The position numbers and the translations under genes are program-made. Positions 1 through 9,661 of a stretch of DNA of 64,000 nucleotides are shown here, piece by piece. Each line of letters opens with the position of its first letter. Within the stretch, counting starts at the first letter, position 1. Origin of the DNA: Verrucomicrobiia bacterium (lineage in GTDB: Bacteria > Verrucomicrobiota > Verrucomicrobiia > Chthoniobacterales > UBA6821); assembly GCA_040380225.1 (NCBI GenBank), contig JBEIJN010000006.1, positions 11,434-75,433 on the forward strand. Reading direction: 5' to 3'. Below the pieces are notes generated by a model that saw only the letters and a list, made by a program, of their open reading frames with translations, made no database searches and was not told the origin of the DNA.

Positions 1-108
1 ATGTCACCCAACCAGGCCCGCGCCCTTCTCCGTTCGCTTCAGGACGAGGAGCAGCATGTGCTCAATCACCAAAACCGCGCGGTGGAACAACCGATTCGCG
101 ACTGGTAG
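1..108 (+). CDS. 3' end of a BatB/BatC-like protein (partial, runs off the window)
   Basis: Frame 1 reads MSPNQARALLRSLQDEEQHVLNHQNRAVEQPIRDW*; a terminal PxxDW directly upstream of batD is typical of BatC-like proteins. Confidence 0.65.
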   Translation: MSPNQARALLRSLQDEEQHVLNHQNRAVEQPIRDW

Positions 109-118
109 GATCAGAACG

Positions 119-1957
119 ATGACCCGCCCCTTCTCCGGATCCCGTTTTCTCACCCTGGCCGCCCTGGTCGGCCTCGCCACGGCGAGGTGCGCCCCGGCGG
201 ATGTCACGGTGACCTCGGAGCTTTCCCGCCCCGAGGTGGCGGTGGGTGAGATGGTGGAGCTTCAGGTCCGCGTGAATGGGGCCCAGGGGGCTGAGGTTCC
301 CCAGGAGCTTCCCGTGGAGGGTCTTCAGATCCGGTTGACCGGACAGTCCACTCAGGTGCAGATGGTGAACTTCAAGGTCTCCTCCTCGGTGCTCTACAGC
401 TACGCCATCCTGCCGATGCAGGCCGGCAACTTCACAATCCCCTCCGTCCCTGTGTCTGCGGGTGGACGTCAATTCAGGACACCCGCGCTCCGCCTGACCG
501 TGCATGACCGGCCGGCCAGTACTGCCGTCACCCCCACTCCCTACATTCCGGCCCCGCAGGTGATTCCTCCCTCCCCCGCTTATCCTCAACAGCCCGGAGC
601 CAGGATTCCCCGGCCACAGCAGCCCCCGGCCTCCGGGCGGATTGCCTTCGGTGAGATTAACTGCCCGAAGAGGAGTCTCTATGCCGGGGAGATGGTTCCC
701 GTGGAGATCCGCTACTACTTCGATGCCCGCTATCCCGTGCAGATCAGGGGCAAGGTCGACTTCGGGAGCGAGGGGATCCTGGTCGAGCGCTTCCCCGATC
801 CCAAGGAGAGCCGCGAGGAGCGGGACGGCATCGAATACAATGTCCTGACCTTCCGGACGCTTCTCTCGGCAGTGAAACCGGGCGTGATCGACATCCCTCC
901 CGCCAAGATCGACAGCCAGATCCAGATGCCGGGCGCCCTTCCTCCCGGCTTCGACGATCCGGTCTTCCGACAGTTGATGGGCGGGCAGTCCCCCTTCACC
1001 CAGAGCAAGGATGTCGCGGTGAAAACGGCGCCTCTCCGTCTGGAGATCCTCCCGCTTCCCAAGGAAGGGCGTCCCTCCTCCTTCGCCGGTGCGGTGGGTC
1101 AGTTCGACCTTGATGCCGTGGTCCAGAATCCAAGGCCCGCGCCGGGCGATCCCGTCACGCTCACCGTCAAGATCGGCGGCAAGGGGAACTTCAACGGGAT
1201 GGGGGCCCCCGTGCTCACCGGCACCGAGGGTTGGCGCAGCTATCCCCCGACCGACAAGTTCGACAGCTCCGGCAGTTCGGATGGCTTCGCTTACACGGGG
1301 GTGAAGTCCTTTGATTTCACGCTCATCGCCCAGGAGGCCAGGCAATCCTCGCCCGGATCCGAGTTCTCCTACTTCGATCCTTCGACGGCGAAGTACGTGA
1401 CCCTCTCCACCAAGCCGCTTCCGGTGGATGCCTCGCCGGGAGCTCCGACGAACACGGCCGCCGCCACCTCGGCCACCTCGACCGATTCCAAGACGCCGGC
1501 GAATGCCGCGGCAACCGCTTCCGCCAAGGATGTCGCCGCCGTCAAGGAGGGTGACCCGATTCCCGGGATCACGTTGCGTCCCTGGAGCACCCCCGCTCAT
1601 CGTTCCGAATTTCTCATCGCCGCGGCGGCCATGATCGTGGCGACGCTGGCGCTTGCCGGCATTCTCTACCTGCGCGATCTGCAGGCTCGCGGCGGGACCG
1701 CCTCCTCACGCCGTCGTCGCCGGATTGCCCACCTCTGGTCCTCGCTCAATGCCGATGAACTCGACGCCGCCTCTTCCTACGATGCCGCCGTCGAGTATGC
1801 CGGACTGGTCGCTTCCCCCTCGGAGAAGCGCGACGCGGCGATCGCCTCGCTCTCCGGGCGCCGCGATGCACTGAAGTACGGATTCGGAGGTTTCGTTCCG
1901 CTCCCGCAACCGGAGAGGGAACAGTTGCTGCAAACCCTCCGCGAACTCGCCAAATGA
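119..1957 (+). CDS. batD: BatD family protein
   Basis: Signal peptide from Met at 119, repeated beta-rich BatD domains (GAVGQF, GxGNF motifs), C-terminal TM helix; bat operon context. Confidence 0.8.
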   Translation: MTRPFSGSRFLTLAALVGLATARCAPADVTVTSELSRPEVAVGEMVELQVRVNGAQGAEVPQELPVEGLQIRLTGQSTQVQMVNFKVSSSVLYSYAILPMQAGNFTIPSVPVSAGGRQFRTPALRLTVHDRPASTAVTPTPYIPAPQVIPPSPAYPQQPGARIPRPQQPPASGRIAFGEINCPKRSLYAGEMVPVEIRYYFDARYPVQIRGKVDFGSEGILVERFPDPKESREERDGIEYNVLTFRTLLSAVKPGVIDIPPAKIDSQIQMPGALPPGFDDPVFRQLMGGQSPFTQSKDVAVKTAPLRLEILPLPKEGRPSSFAGAVGQFDLDAVVQNPRPAPGDPVTLTVKIGGKGNFNGMGAPVLTGTEGWRSYPPTDKFDSSGSSDGFAYTGVKSFDFTLIAQEARQSSPGSEFSYFDPSTAKYVTLSTKPLPVDASPGAPTNTAAATSATSTDSKTPANAAATASAKDVAAVKEGDPIPGITLRPWSTPAHRSEFLIAAAAMIVATLALAGILYLRDLQARGGTASSRRRRRIAHLWSSLNADELDAASSYDAAVEYAGLVASPSEKRDAAIASLSGRRDALKYGFGGFVPLPQPEREQLLQTLRELAK

Positions 1958-2766
1958 ACCGCACGTCGCCGTTGCATTCCGTCATCGTCGCCGTTGCCGC
2001 CCTCACCATGGGGATCCCGGCTTCGGTTTCACCGCTCCGCGCCGGAGCTCCCGAGCAGGCCTCGTCGGCGGCCGAAGCGCTCCGCTCCGGCCATCCGCTT
2101 GATGCCCTCGCCCGCTACCGCTCGCTGCTGACCGACCCGGCGTTCCTGAAATCGGGGTCCCCCGAACTCTGGTACAACCGCGGTCTTGCCGAGGAGAAGA
2201 CCGGGGAGAACGCCGCCGCCTCGCTCTCCTTCCGCCGTGCCCTGCTGCTCGACCCCGGCTTCGCCCCTGCGCGGCGTCAACTTGCCGCCGTCATGGGAAC
2301 GCTCGGTCTTTCCGTTCCCGATGATTGGAAACCGCGGCTCTGGACCGTTGTCCATCCCGACAGCCTGATCATCATAGGCGCGGCGGTCGGTTGGATCGGG
2401 ACGCTTCTCTTCGTGCTTCTGCTCTTCCGGGGTTCCCGCAGGAAAGGGCTCATCGCGCTGGCCCTCGTCGTCCTGATCGCTGGGCACGGGGCCTCCGTGT
2501 TCGGCACCCTCATCGATCCCCGCCGGATCGCGGCCGATCAGGCCGTCGTCATCTCCAAGGCCGCCCCCACTCTCCGCGCCACCCCGGCCGACAGCGGAAC
2601 CCCTGCCGGAACCGTCGCCCCCGGCACCCTGATCAACGTGCTGTCGCGCAACGGCGCGTGGTGGTATATTGCGGCAGGCCCCGGCCAGACTGGATGGATT
2701 CCCTCCGACACCGTCACATCGCTGCTACCGATCGCATCCCCGGCGTTGTCCGAAAAGCGCCCCTGA
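1954..2766 (+). CDS. BatE-like TPR + TM + SH3 protein
   Basis: TPR (ELWYNRGLA...FRRALLLDP), two TM segments, C-terminal SH3b-like (GWIPS); ATGA overlap with batD. Confidence 0.75.
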   Translation: MNRTSPLHSVIVAVAALTMGIPASVSPLRAGAPEQASSAAEALRSGHPLDALARYRSLLTDPAFLKSGSPELWYNRGLAEEKTGENAAASLSFRRALLLDPGFAPARRQLAAVMGTLGLSVPDDWKPRLWTVVHPDSLIIIGAAVGWIGTLLFVLLLFRGSRRKGLIALALVVLIAGHGASVFGTLIDPRRIAADQAVVISKAAPTLRATPADSGTPAGTVAPGTLINVLSRNGAWWYIAAGPGQTGWIPSDTVTSLLPIASPALSEKRP

Positions 2767-3605
2767 CGCTCGCGGGGGCAGCGATCGCATACCTGTTCGT
2801 TACCCAGGCGGCGAGGCTCGGAGCCGATGCCTCGCCCTACGCCGCTTTTGAGAAGACGCTGACAGCTCCGGCTGAGGACCCTTTCCCCACGATTGCCCCC
2901 TTCCGCGCAACCTACCGCTTCGGTTGGGAGGGGGTTGGCGCCGGTGGCGCCACGGTCGAGGTCGCACGCGGCGCGGATCCCAATCGTGATCGTAATCGTG
3001 ATCGGGATCGGTTGAGGGTAGTGGCCAAGGGAGGTCCCAACAGCCTGATTCGCAAACTCTGGAACTATCAGGCCCTGTATGTCGGTGAATCAAGTGATGA
3101 CGGGGGCGTCCCTTCCTGGTTCCGGATCGACGAGGAGGTTGCCAAGGGAGACCTGCTCAGCGAGGCGGTCTTTGGCAATGACAGCGTGCTGGCCTGCCAC
3201 CGCTTCGTCTGGGAGCCGAAGCCCTGGACCTTTACGCAGCTTCCGGGGGTGAGGGATCTCTTCGCCGCGATGCTCTTCGTCCGGAGTCAACCGCTCCGCA
3301 ACGGCGACCGGCTGAGGCTCACGGTATTTCCCGATCAGAATCCCTACCTGGTCGACCTGACGGTTGCCGGGCGCGACACGCTGACCATCCTGGGAAAGAA
3401 GACCCCCGCCATCCGCTTCACCATCCGGATCCAGACAATCGAGACACGCGGGCCGAACGCAGGCAGACTTACCCCTCACAGGAAGTTCCGCTCCGGGCGC
3501 GTCTGGATGAGCGATGACGCGCGCCGTCTCCCGCTCCGCGCCGAGGTCGATGTCTTCATCGGCTCAGTCTTCGCCGAACTCTCTACGCTCACCCCAGGCC
3601 TCTGA
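2694..3605 (+). CDS. DUF3108 family exported protein (start uncertain, 2694 or about 2763)
   Basis: YRFGW, VWMSDDARRLPLRAEVDVFIGSV motifs; hydrophobic N-terminal signal-like segment. Confidence 0.7.
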   Translation: MDSLRHRHIAATDRIPGVVRKAPLTLAGAAIAYLFVTQAARLGADASPYAAFEKTLTAPAEDPFPTIAPFRATYRFGWEGVGAGGATVEVARGADPNRDRNRDRDRLRVVAKGGPNSLIRKLWNYQALYVGESSDDGGVPSWFRIDEEVAKGDLLSEAVFGNDSVLACHRFVWEPKPWTFTQLPGVRDLFAAMLFVRSQPLRNGDRLRLTVFPDQNPYLVDLTVAGRDTLTILGKKTPAIRFTIRIQTIETRGPNAGRLTPHRKFRSGRVWMSDDARRLPLRAEVDVFIGSVFAELSTLTPGL

Positions 3606-3628
3606 GGAGAGATGGGGGGGAAATGACT

Positions 3629-3763
3629 CGCGCAGAGGCGCAGAGGCGCGGAGAGAAGAGAAACTGCAAAGCGTTGCTTGCGGAGGGAGGAAATAAAAAA
3701 TGGGGGTGGCTGCAAGCGATTGCCCCATTATATTTTCTCTCAGCGCCCTTGCGCCTCTGCGGG
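3629..3763. repeat. Inverted 8-mer tandem arms (GCGCAGAG type) around an AT-richer spacer
   Basis: CGCGCAGAGGCGCAGAGGCGCGGAG at 3629-3653; CTCAGCGCCCTTGCGCCTCTGCGGG at 3739-3763; lies between convergent genes. Confidence 0.75.
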
Positions 3764-3785
3764 AGAACTCTTCAGCTTTGCGGTT

Positions 3786-5639
3786 TTACAATCGCGAGAT
3801 CAGGAGTTCGCGCTGGAAGACGAGTTCCTTGGGCAGGTGGCTGTAGAGCTTCATGAAGAGCTCGTCCTGGAGGACCAGCTCTCTGTGCCACTCGGCCGGA
3901 TCGATCTTCTGGAGTTCCTCGAAGGCCTCCGGCGAGCTCACTCCCTCGAGCCCCACCATATCGAGGTCCTTGTACTCGGGAACCCAGCCGATGGATGTTT
4001 CGAGCGCATGGGCGCCCTGCTGGCAGCGCTGGACGATCCACTTGAGCACGCGCATGTTGTCGCCGAAGCCGGGCCAGAGGAATTTCCCCTCGGGGCTCTT
4101 GCGGAACCAGTTCACATGGAAGACGCGCGGCAGGTGCTTCACGAAACGGCGCATCTCGAGCCAGTGGGCGAAGTAGTCCCCCATGTTGTAGCCGCAGAAG
4201 GGGAGCATCGCCATCGGGTCGCGGCGGACCTGGCCGACCGTTCCGGCCGCGGCCGCGGTCATCTCGGATCCGACGGTGGCGCCTAGGTAGACTCCATGAA
4301 CCCAGTTAAAGGACTGGAAGATGAGGGGCATCGTCGTGGCGCGGCGGCCTCCGAAGACGATGGCGCTGATCTTCACTCCCTCGGGGTTCTCCCACTCGGG
4401 ATCAATGATCGGGCAGTTTTTTGCAGGCGCGGTGAAGCGGCTATTCGGGTGGCTTGAGAGGACGGGCTTGCCTTCGGCGTCGAGTTGGCCGGGCTTCCAG
4501 TCGTTCCCCTTCCAGTCGATGAGGTGGGCTGGTGGTTGCTTGGTCATTCCTTCCCACCAGACATCGCCGTCATCGGTCAGGCCGACGTTGGTGAAGATGG
4601 TGTCGTGCCGGATGGAGTCCATCGCCATCGGGTTGCTCTCGTAGGAGGTGCCGGGCGCGACGCCGAAGAATCCGGCTTCCGGGTTGATGGCGCGGAGCCA
4701 GCCGTCGGTGCCGGGCTTGATCCAGGCGATGTCGTCGCCGACGCAGGAGACCTCCCAGCCCTCTTCCTTGAGATGCTGGGGCGGGATGATCATGGCGAAG
4801 TTGGTCTTGCCACAGGCGCTCGGGAAGGCCGCGGTGACGTAGGTCTTTGCCCCGGTGGGATCCTTCACGCCGAGGATGAGCATGTGCTCGGCCATCCATC
4901 CCTCGTCGCGGGCCATCGCCGAGGCGATGCGCAGGGCAAAACATTTCTTCCCGAGCAGGGCGTTGCCGCCGTAGCCGGAGCCGTAGCTCATGATCAGGCG
5001 ATCCTCGGGGAAGTGGGTGATGTAGGTGTTCTCGGGATCGCACGGCCAGGCGACGTCCTTCTCGCCGGGGGCCAGCGGCTTGCCGACCGAGTGGATGCAC
5101 TTCACGTACTGTCCGGTTCTGGCAACCTCGGGATACACTGCCGACCCCATGCGGGTCATGATGCGCATGTTGGCCACCACGTAGGGGCTGTCGGAGAGTT
5201 CGATGCCGTACTGGGAGATGGGGGAGCCGACGGGCCCCATGCTGAAGGGGATGACGTACATGGTGCGGCCCTTCATGCACCCCTCGTAGAGACCGTTCAT
5301 CGTGGCCTTCATGGCGGCGGGATCGCGCCAGTTATTGGTGGGGCCGGCGTCCTTCCGGGACTTGCTGCAGATGAAGGTGCGCTCCTCGACGCGGGCCACG
5401 TCCTTGGGGTTGCTGCGGACGAGCAGGGAGTTGGGGCGCTTGTCGGGGTTGAGCCGGATGGCCGAACCGGAGGAGACCATCAGTTCGCGCATGGCCTTGT
5501 CCTCGGGCTCGCTGCCGTCGCACCAGAAGACGGCCTCGGGCTTCGTGATTTCGGCAATCTCCTTCACCCACTCCACCACGGCGGGTATGGAGGGTTGTTT
5601 GCTGCCGGGTTTCGCTGCTTCGTGCGTCGTGTTGCTCAT
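3786..5639 (-). CDS. pckG: Phosphoenolpyruvate carboxykinase (GTP)
   Basis: [10 protein letters not shown]-loop, [30 protein letters not shown]; likely start MSNTTH at 5639. Confidence 0.97.
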   Translation of the reverse strand: MSNTTHEAAKPGSKQPSIPAVVEWVKEIAEITKPEAVFWCDGSEPEDKAMRELMVSSGSAIRLNPDKRPNSLLVRSNPKDVARVEERTFICSKSRKDAGPTNNWRDPAAMKATMNGLYEGCMKGRTMYVIPFSMGPVGSPISQYGIELSDSPYVVANMRIMTRMGSAVYPEVARTGQYVKCIHSVGKPLAPGEKDVAWPCDPENTYITHFPEDRLIMSYGSGYGGNALLGKKCFALRIASAMARDEGWMAEHMLILGVKDPTGAKTYVTAAFPSACGKTNFAMIIPPQHLKEEGWEVSCVGDDIAWIKPGTDGWLRAINPEAGFFGVAPGTSYESNPMAMDSIRHDTIFTNVGLTDDGDVWWEGMTKQPPAHLIDWKGNDWKPGQLDAEGKPVLSSHPNSRFTAPAKNCPIIDPEWENPEGVKISAIVFGGRRATTMPLIFQSFNWVHGVYLGATVGSEMTAAAAGTVGQVRRDPMAMLPFCGYNMGDYFAHWLEMRRFVKHLPRVFHVNWFRKSPEGKFLWPGFGDNMRVLKWIVQRCQQGAHALETSIGWVPEYKDLDMVGLEGVSSPEAFEELQKIDPAEWHRELVLQDELFMKLYSHLPKELVFQRELLISRL

Positions 5640-5769
5640 GGCCTTATTTTGCGTTTTTTCCGAAGTGGTCGCAAGCTGCATCCCAGACTTGGGGAGAGAA
5701 AAAGAAAAAAGAAAAAAGCGGTGTGTTTGCGGATGACAAAGCGCTCTGGGCGGCTTACTTTGAGTGAAT

Positions 5770-6504
5770 ATGGCAACCAATCCCGTCCTCGAGCGCGCAG
5801 ATTTCGAAGTCGTCCCCGGTACCTCCGGCACCATGACCCTGCGGGGCACCGTCAATAAGTCGGCCATCCTCCTGATCCTCACGATTATCGGCGCCGCCTA
5901 CACCTGGTCCGCCACGCGCAACGGATACTCCACCGCCGGCATGGGATACGCCACGGTGGGAGCAATCGCCGGCTTCATTCTGGCGCTGGTCACTGTTTTC
6001 AAGCAGTCGTGGGCTCCCGTCACCGCGCCGATCTACGCGCTCTGCGAGGGGCTCTTCATCGGCGGAATCTCCGCCATGTACGAGGCCAAGACGGGCGGCA
6101 TCACCCTCCAGGCGGTCATGCTGACCTTCGGCACCTTTGCCGGAATGCTCTTCCTCTTTCAGGGGAACATCCTCCGGGCCACCCCGATGTTCGTGAAGGT
6201 GGTGGTCGGTGCGACCCTCGGGATCATGCTGACCTACCTGCTCGGCTTCATCCTCTCCTTCTTCCACATTAATCTCCCCATCTTCGGCGGTGGCCAACTC
6301 GGGATCATCTTCAGCCTCGCGGTCGTCGTGATCGCCGCCCTGAACCTCATCATCGACTTCGAGTTCATCAAGCAGTCGGCAGATTCCGGATCCGCTCCGC
6401 GGTACATGGAGTGGTACGGGGCCTTCGGTCTGCTCGTGACCGTTGTCTGGCTCTATATCTCGATTCTGCGGTTGCTCTCCAACCTCTCCGGCAACAACCG
6501 GTAA
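5770..6504 (+). CDS. Bax inhibitor-1/YccA family membrane protein
   Basis: MT..GTVNK start, about 7 TM helices, [24 protein letters not shown]-terminus. Confidence 0.9.
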   Translation: MATNPVLERADFEVVPGTSGTMTLRGTVNKSAILLILTIIGAAYTWSATRNGYSTAGMGYATVGAIAGFILALVTVFKQSWAPVTAPIYALCEGLFIGGISAMYEAKTGGITLQAVMLTFGTFAGMLFLFQGNILRATPMFVKVVVGATLGIMLTYLLGFILSFFHINLPIFGGGQLGIIFSLAVVVIAALNLIIDFEFIKQSADSGSAPRYMEWYGAFGLLVTVVWLYISILRLLSNLSGNNR

Positions 6505-6605
6505 GGTTTGGGATTCGGGCGCCGCGCGTTGTTGTTGCTCGCTCGCCGTAGGATGACTACGGCTTCGCTTACACGCCTAGCGCGGCATCCCGACTTCCAA
6601 CCCTT
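6503..6605. repeat. ~103 bp palindromic REP/MITE-like element, copy 1
   Basis: Long imperfect hairpin with inner GCCGTAG-GATGA-CTACGGC; homologous to 38812-38914. Confidence 0.75.
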
Positions 6606-6727
6606 GTGCTAAGGTGAAGAATCCATAAAAATCCCTGCGCTTCACCAGTCATCAGGTTCACCCGCCCGATGGAAGAGTGTTAGCATCATGGCTTAAGGCC
6701 TGCAGACTTACAGTCCAATGTCTGCGG

Positions 6728-6988
6728 CTACGATTCGTAATGGAATCTCAATTGGGCAATCTCGAGGTTCTTTCCTGAGATTCGGTAAACCATTCGGTGT
6801 TCGTCAGTAATGCGTCGTGACCAGAAACCGGCGAGGGCGTGCTTCAGCGGTTCCGGTTTTCCAATCCCCTCGTAAGGTGATCTGCTCGTGTCACGAAGGA
6901 GTTCATGAATCCTGCGAACGATCTTTTTGTCAGTCTGCTGCCAGTGGAGATAGTCATCCCATCCCTGAGGGGAGAAGAGAAGATTCAT
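6728..6988 (-). CDS. yoeB: Txe/YoeB family toxin
   Basis: GIGKPEPLKH, WSRRITDEHRMVY, RFHY motifs. Confidence 0.95.
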   Translation of the reverse strand: MNLLFSPQGWDDYLHWQQTDKKIVRRIHELLRDTSRSPYEGIGKPEPLKHALAGFWSRRITDEHRMVYRISGKNLEIAQLRFHYES

Positions 6989-7257
6989 GCGGAAGGAGCC
7001 TTCTCCAGATCCTTCAGTTTTTTGGAAACCGTCTTTCCCTGATCGAGACTTTCAATGGAGTCGAGAAGGCGCCTCGCATTGGCTGGAGATCGGAGCAGAT
7101 AAGCGGTTTCCTGAAGTGACTCGAAGTCCTCTAGGGAGAGCATCACGACGGCCTGATCGCGGTTGCGGGTGATGATGACAGGGTCATGATCCTGGCAGAC
7201 GCGATCCATCGTGGAGGCAAGATTTTCCCTGGCCGCAGAATAAGTGAGAGCCGTCAT
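6985..7257 (-). CDS. yefM: YefM/Phd family antitoxin
   Basis: YSAARENLA..MDRV..DHDPVIITR; ETAYLLRSPANARRL; 4 bp overlap with the toxin gene. Confidence 0.95.
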   Translation of the reverse strand: MTALTYSAARENLASTMDRVCQDHDPVIITRNRDQAVVMLSLEDFESLQETAYLLRSPANARRLLDSIESLDQGKTVSKKLKDLEKAPSA

Positions 7258-7258
7258 A

Positions 7259-7292
7259 TGGACAGCATCCTGTACATTCTTTTGCTGGTCAA
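7259..7292 (-). promoter_or_regulatory. yefM promoter/operator with TGTACA-type half sites
   Basis: Minus strand TTGACC-17bp-GATGCT-6bp-ATG; TGTACA at 7271-7276 and a degenerate TGTCCA at 7259-7264, 12 bp apart as in the E. coli yefM operator. Confidence 0.65.
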
Positions 7293-7363
7293 CCTGAATC
7301 CCAATCCACTTCTACAGCCTGCCAAGGTGTCGGATTCAGTTTCTAAAAGTCTTCGGTCCTTAG

Positions 7364-7417
7364 GGAAGCGCTGATTTAATCCCATGAAGGCCTCTATGCG
7401 ATTTAATCAGCGCTTCC
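7364..7417. mobile_element. 54 bp IS5-like minimal MITE/footprint
   Basis: TIRs GGAAGCGCTGATT(T/A)AAT, 16/17 match; flanked by direct TTAG at 7360-7363 and 7418-7421. Confidence 0.7.
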
Positions 7418-7736
7418 TTAGTCTAAAAAAAGAAAATCTCTCACCGGGGCAAGACAGGCTGGGAGTTTTTATTTCCCGGCGATCGGGAGTTACATGATTG
7501 GTGTGGAAAAGGGTGGGTTGCTCAATCTCCAATTGGGGATTTAGGCTTTTTTCCTGAGTTGGCTGGCCCGGCCGTTGCTTCGCGTCTGTTACGGTTGAGT
7601 TCCTGATTCAAAAATCTCTGCGTCTCCGCGCCTCTGCGGGAACCTTCTGACGTTTGCCCAAATTTTCCCCATTGCGTCTCGACATCGGGGCGCTGGGTGG
7701 ATACCAAATCAAGGCTTCGATTTCTTTTCCCGACTC

Positions 7737-8930
7737 ATGGACCTCGACCTGATCCTTCACTTTCTGAACATCCCCTGGGTGTTCCTCCTCTGGACCACGT
7801 TCCTGAAGTCCTTCATCTTCCTGAACCTCACGATCATCGTGGTCTCGGTGACGGTGTTCGCAGAGCGCAAGGTCAGCGCCTTCATTCAGGATCGTGTGGG
7901 GCCGAACCGCGTCGGCATCCCGCTGACCCTGATCGGCGGCAAGAAGGATTCCTTCTTCTTTGGCCTTGGTCAGATGGTCGCCGACCCGATCAAGTTGCTG
8001 ACCAAGGAGAACTTCGTGCCCGGCGGTGTCAACAAGTTCTACTTCTGGCTCGCCCCGAAGCTGGTGATGATCCCTCCGATCCTGGTGCTGGCGGTCCTGC
8101 CCTTCGGGAGCACTCTTTTCGGGGTGGAGATGACGATCGCCAACCTGAACATCGGCGTCCTCTACATCTTCGCGATCGCCTCGCTGAGCGTCTACGGCAT
8201 CACGCTTGCCGGCTGGGCCTCGAACTCGAAGTTCCCCTTCCTCGGCGGCATCCGTTCCTCCTCCCAGATGATCTCCTACGAGCTCTCGATGGGCCTCTCG
8301 ATCATTCCGGTCTTCATGGTCTGCGGCTCGCTGAATCTCAATGAGATCATCGACTGGCAGGTGGTGAACGGCTGGCTGGTCTCCCCCTTCTGGCCGAAGG
8401 GCTTCTCGGTCGGCTCCCTGCTTCATCCCGCCGATGCGCTCCATGCCTTTGTGGCTGGGGTGAGCCTCCAGCGTCTACTGCTCTGGATCCCGCTCCTGAT
8501 ATCCTTCGTGATCTTCCTGGTCTCGATTTTCGCCGAGACCAACCGCCTTCCCTTCGATCTTCCCGAGGCCGAGCAGGAACTCGTCGGCGGCTACCACACC
8601 GAGTACGCCTCGATGAACTTCGCCCTCTTCTTCCTGGGCGAGTATGCGGCGATGTTCGCTGGTTCCGGCGCGATCGTCTCCCTCTTCCTTGGCGGCTGGA
8701 GCTGCCCACTGATCCCCGACGGTTCCCACGGCTGGTTCTGGGGACTGGTCAACATCGGGGTCTTCTTCGTGAAGGTCTCCCTCCTGCTTCTTTTCATGAT
8801 CTGGGTCCGCTGGACGCTCCCCCGCTTCCGCTACGACCAGCTGATGAAGCTGGGCTGGCTGGGCTTCTTCCCGATCGCCCTCTTCAATATCTTCCTCACC
8901 GCCGTCATCCTCGCCCTCGTGCGCAACTGA
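7737..8930 (+). CDS. nuoH: NADH-quinone oxidoreductase subunit H
   Basis: ERKVSAFIQDRVGPNRVG, ETNRLPFDLPEAEQELVGGYHTEY, RWTLPRFRYDQLM. Confidence 0.97.
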   Translation: MDLDLILHFLNIPWVFLLWTTFLKSFIFLNLTIIVVSVTVFAERKVSAFIQDRVGPNRVGIPLTLIGGKKDSFFFGLGQMVADPIKLLTKENFVPGGVNKFYFWLAPKLVMIPPILVLAVLPFGSTLFGVEMTIANLNIGVLYIFAIASLSVYGITLAGWASNSKFPFLGGIRSSSQMISYELSMGLSIIPVFMVCGSLNLNEIIDWQVVNGWLVSPFWPKGFSVGSLLHPADALHAFVAGVSLQRLLLWIPLLISFVIFLVSIFAETNRLPFDLPEAEQELVGGYHTEYASMNFALFFLGEYAAMFAGSGAIVSLFLGGWSCPLIPDGSHGWFWGLVNIGVFFVKVSLLLLFMIWVRWTLPRFRYDQLMKLGWLGFFPIALFNIFLTAVILALVRN

Positions 8931-8949
8931 CCCCAACCCACACCACGCC

Positions 8950-9480
8950 ATGGCCATCGTCGTCGAACGTCCCAAGCTGACCCTCGCGGAGAAGTTCTAT
9001 CTCCCCGCCGTGCTGGCCGGTCTCGCCATCACCTGGAAGCATCTCAAGCGCGCTATCTTCAACAAGGGGATCGTGACCATGCAGTATCCCGAGGAGAAGT
9101 GGGACGCGAACATGCCCGACTGGTACCGCGGCGCCCCGACGCTGGTCGCCGACGAGCATGGCAAGGACCGCTGCGTCGCCTGCCAACTCTGCGAGTTCAT
9201 CTGCCCGCCCCGCGCGATCACCATCAAGCCGATGGAGATCCCCGAGGGGGACAAGTGGCGCAAGGTCGAGAAACGTCCCGAGGAGTTTGACATCGACATG
9301 ACCCGCTGCATCTACTGCGGTCTCTGCGAGGAGGTCTGCCCCGAGCAGGCCATCTACCTCCGCAAGGATTACTCCATCACCGGTCTCAACCGTGCCGAAA
9401 TGGTCCACGACAAGGAGACGCTCTACAAGTTGGGCGGCGTCCGCAAGGGCCTCGTCTTCAAGTGGAACGAACTGAAGTAA
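8950..9480 (+). CDS. nuoI: NADH-quinone oxidoreductase subunit I
   Basis: Two CxxCxxCxxxCP 4Fe-4S motifs; TMQYPEE. Confidence 0.96.
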   Translation: MAIVVERPKLTLAEKFYLPAVLAGLAITWKHLKRAIFNKGIVTMQYPEEKWDANMPDWYRGAPTLVADEHGKDRCVACQLCEFICPPRAITIKPMEIPEGDKWRKVEKRPEEFDIDMTRCIYCGLCEEVCPEQAIYLRKDYSITGLNRAEMVHDKETLYKLGGVRKGLVFKWNELK

Positions 9481-9492
9481 CCCCATCCCCCG

Positions 9493-9637
9493 GTTAAAAA
9501 GTTAAAAAGTTGAAACGTTAAAAAGAGCCGGCCAATTCAGCATCCAACTCCTTCCGGCACTCTTTTCATCCTTCATCATCCATCCTTTCCGATCTTCCTT
9601 CAATTCCTTCTGACTCAGGTTTCAAGTTTCAAGTCTC
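9493..9637. repeat. Cluster of unpaired short tandem arms between nuoI and nuoJ
   Basis: GTTAAAAA-type x4, TTCATCC-type and TCAGGTTTCAAGTTTCAAGTCTC tracts in one 181 bp spacer. Confidence 0.6.
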
Positions 9638-9661
9638 ACCCTTCTCGCTAATTTTCCACCC

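Noticed and set aside
62-1600. Long antisense and alternate-frame ORFs (also 4485-5858, 17331-18731, 24182-26401, 42660-44117, 46197-47885)
   Set aside because: They overlap well-supported genes and have no family motifs; such shadow ORFs are expected at high GC.
5640-5882. N-terminal extensions in the ORF track (pckG; also batD, tmk, holB, the 45245-45469 phosphoesterase extension, ligA, LysR, E1 beta, kdsB)
   Set aside because: They overlap neighbouring genes or intergenic repeats and lack family sequence; downstream starts fit better.
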